Below, piece after piece: positions 63,263-64,000 of a stretch of DNA of 64,000 nt. Numbering within the stretch: the first letter of the stretch is position 1; every line of letters starts with the position of its first letter. Origin of the DNA: Octopus sinensis (Eukaryota); the NCBI RefSeq assembly GCF_006345805.1, contig NC_043008.1, positions 64,170,001 through 64,234,000 on the forward strand. The letters are read 5' to 3'. A program made the position numbers and the translations under genes. The notes beneath the pieces are model-generated. The model worked only from the letters and a program-made list of their open reading frames with translations, had not been told where the DNA came from and did no database searches.

Positions 63263-63766
63263 GAACTCCCTGGTTTGGATTTGAAAACACTGAAAGTGGG
63301 AGCATACCCTTTCGGCTTGTTATCGCTTCTGAAGATCTGCTCGAAACTAACAGTGCCAACAAACTCAAATATGCAAGCGAAGAATTACTGCTCTCCCCTT
63401 TCCACCAGCGTGGTTAAAATCAGCAAACACTATGCTTTTTTCGGTAAAATCCGAGGCATTTAAATAGAGAGAGATGAATTATATTTCAACAATTGAGGGT
63501 AAAATTAATTAATTAATCAATTTCACCAAGTATTCAGTATGCAAAGGGACCATTTAAGGCGAATTCAAATTATTACATTATATAAAAGGGCTTAGTAAAA
63601 TAAATTACTTTGCCGCATACTGAACTCATTAGAAATAGCAGCTAAAAAATCTTTTTTAAAACTATTTCCAATACTTAAAGAAAACCTCTCTCATATATTG
63701 TTTGCTCAATTCAACTCACGAAAGTATGGGGGTAGAGACATTAAAAAATCAAATGCAAAGGTTATT

Positions 63767-63819
63767 TGAGAACGTACGTTTCAAGATTAGTCAAAATCGA
63801 CACTTCTATCATCAGCTCA
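63767..63819 (-). ncRNA. minimal type I hammerhead ribozyme (identical copy)
   Basis: Identical to 63210-63262 at an offset of 557 nt. Confidence 0.85.
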
Positions 63820-63942
63820 GAACTCCCTGGTTTGGATTTGAAAACACTGAAAGTGGGAGCATACCACTTATATATACCATATATATATATATATATCAGC
63901 ATGGCCGCAGCTCTGAGCTGAAACTAGAAAAAAAAAAAAATG

Positions 63943-64000
63943 GTGCATTAGTGGCTGTGTGGTAAGTAGTTTGCTTCCCAATCACATGGTTCCGGGTTCA
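63943..64000 (+). mobile_element. SINE family A head (cut by window edge)
   Basis: AGTGGCTGTGTGGTAAGTAG..CACATGGTTCCGGGTTCA. Confidence 0.85.

Larger units (their letters stand above)
62924..63865 (-). mobile_element. non-coding partial-tandem element (557-bp unit) with two identical HHRs; retrozyme / non-autonomous PLE
   Basis: 62924-63308 is repeated at 63481-63865 with about 3 differences; ~170-bp spacer; flanked by (TA)n. Confidence 0.85.

Noticed and set aside
63169-63965. Duplicated ORF MGVETLKNQMQRL..
   Set aside because: Antisense to the hammerhead repeat; the two copies diverge at the repeat boundary and there is no domain similarity

Overview
AT-rich, microsatellite-laden animal genomic DNA. 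The repeat families look like those of an octopod cephalopod (Octopus sp.); this is recognition from memory, not a database match. There is no intact long ORF: nearly all ORF-track entries are (TA)n/(CA)n or SINE read-throughs. The window holds about 50 tRNA-derived SINE copies or fragments in three head/body families, RTE-type and R4/Dong-type LINE tails, Tc1/mariner and piggyBac MITEs, and decayed pogo, Helitron, Ty3/gypsy and Penelope-like RT fragments, with one 100-N gap. The most striking signal is a set of about 13 minimal type I hammerhead ribozyme (HHR) motifs, intact to degenerate, in short non-coding elements with Penelope-like geometry (head-to-head inverted arms or partial tandem repeats), mostly sitting in (TA)n tracts. 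They include a near-identical 557-bp tandem HHR pair (retrozyme/circular-RNA candidate, 62.9-63.9 kb) and a tRNA-headed, HHR-bearing SINE-like element (41.4-41.7 kb). More tentatively, a series of minus-strand splice acceptors followed by short phase-1 coding tails, plus two in-frame micro-exons, suggests the window lies in the 3' part of an unidentified minus-strand gene with alternative terminal exons.
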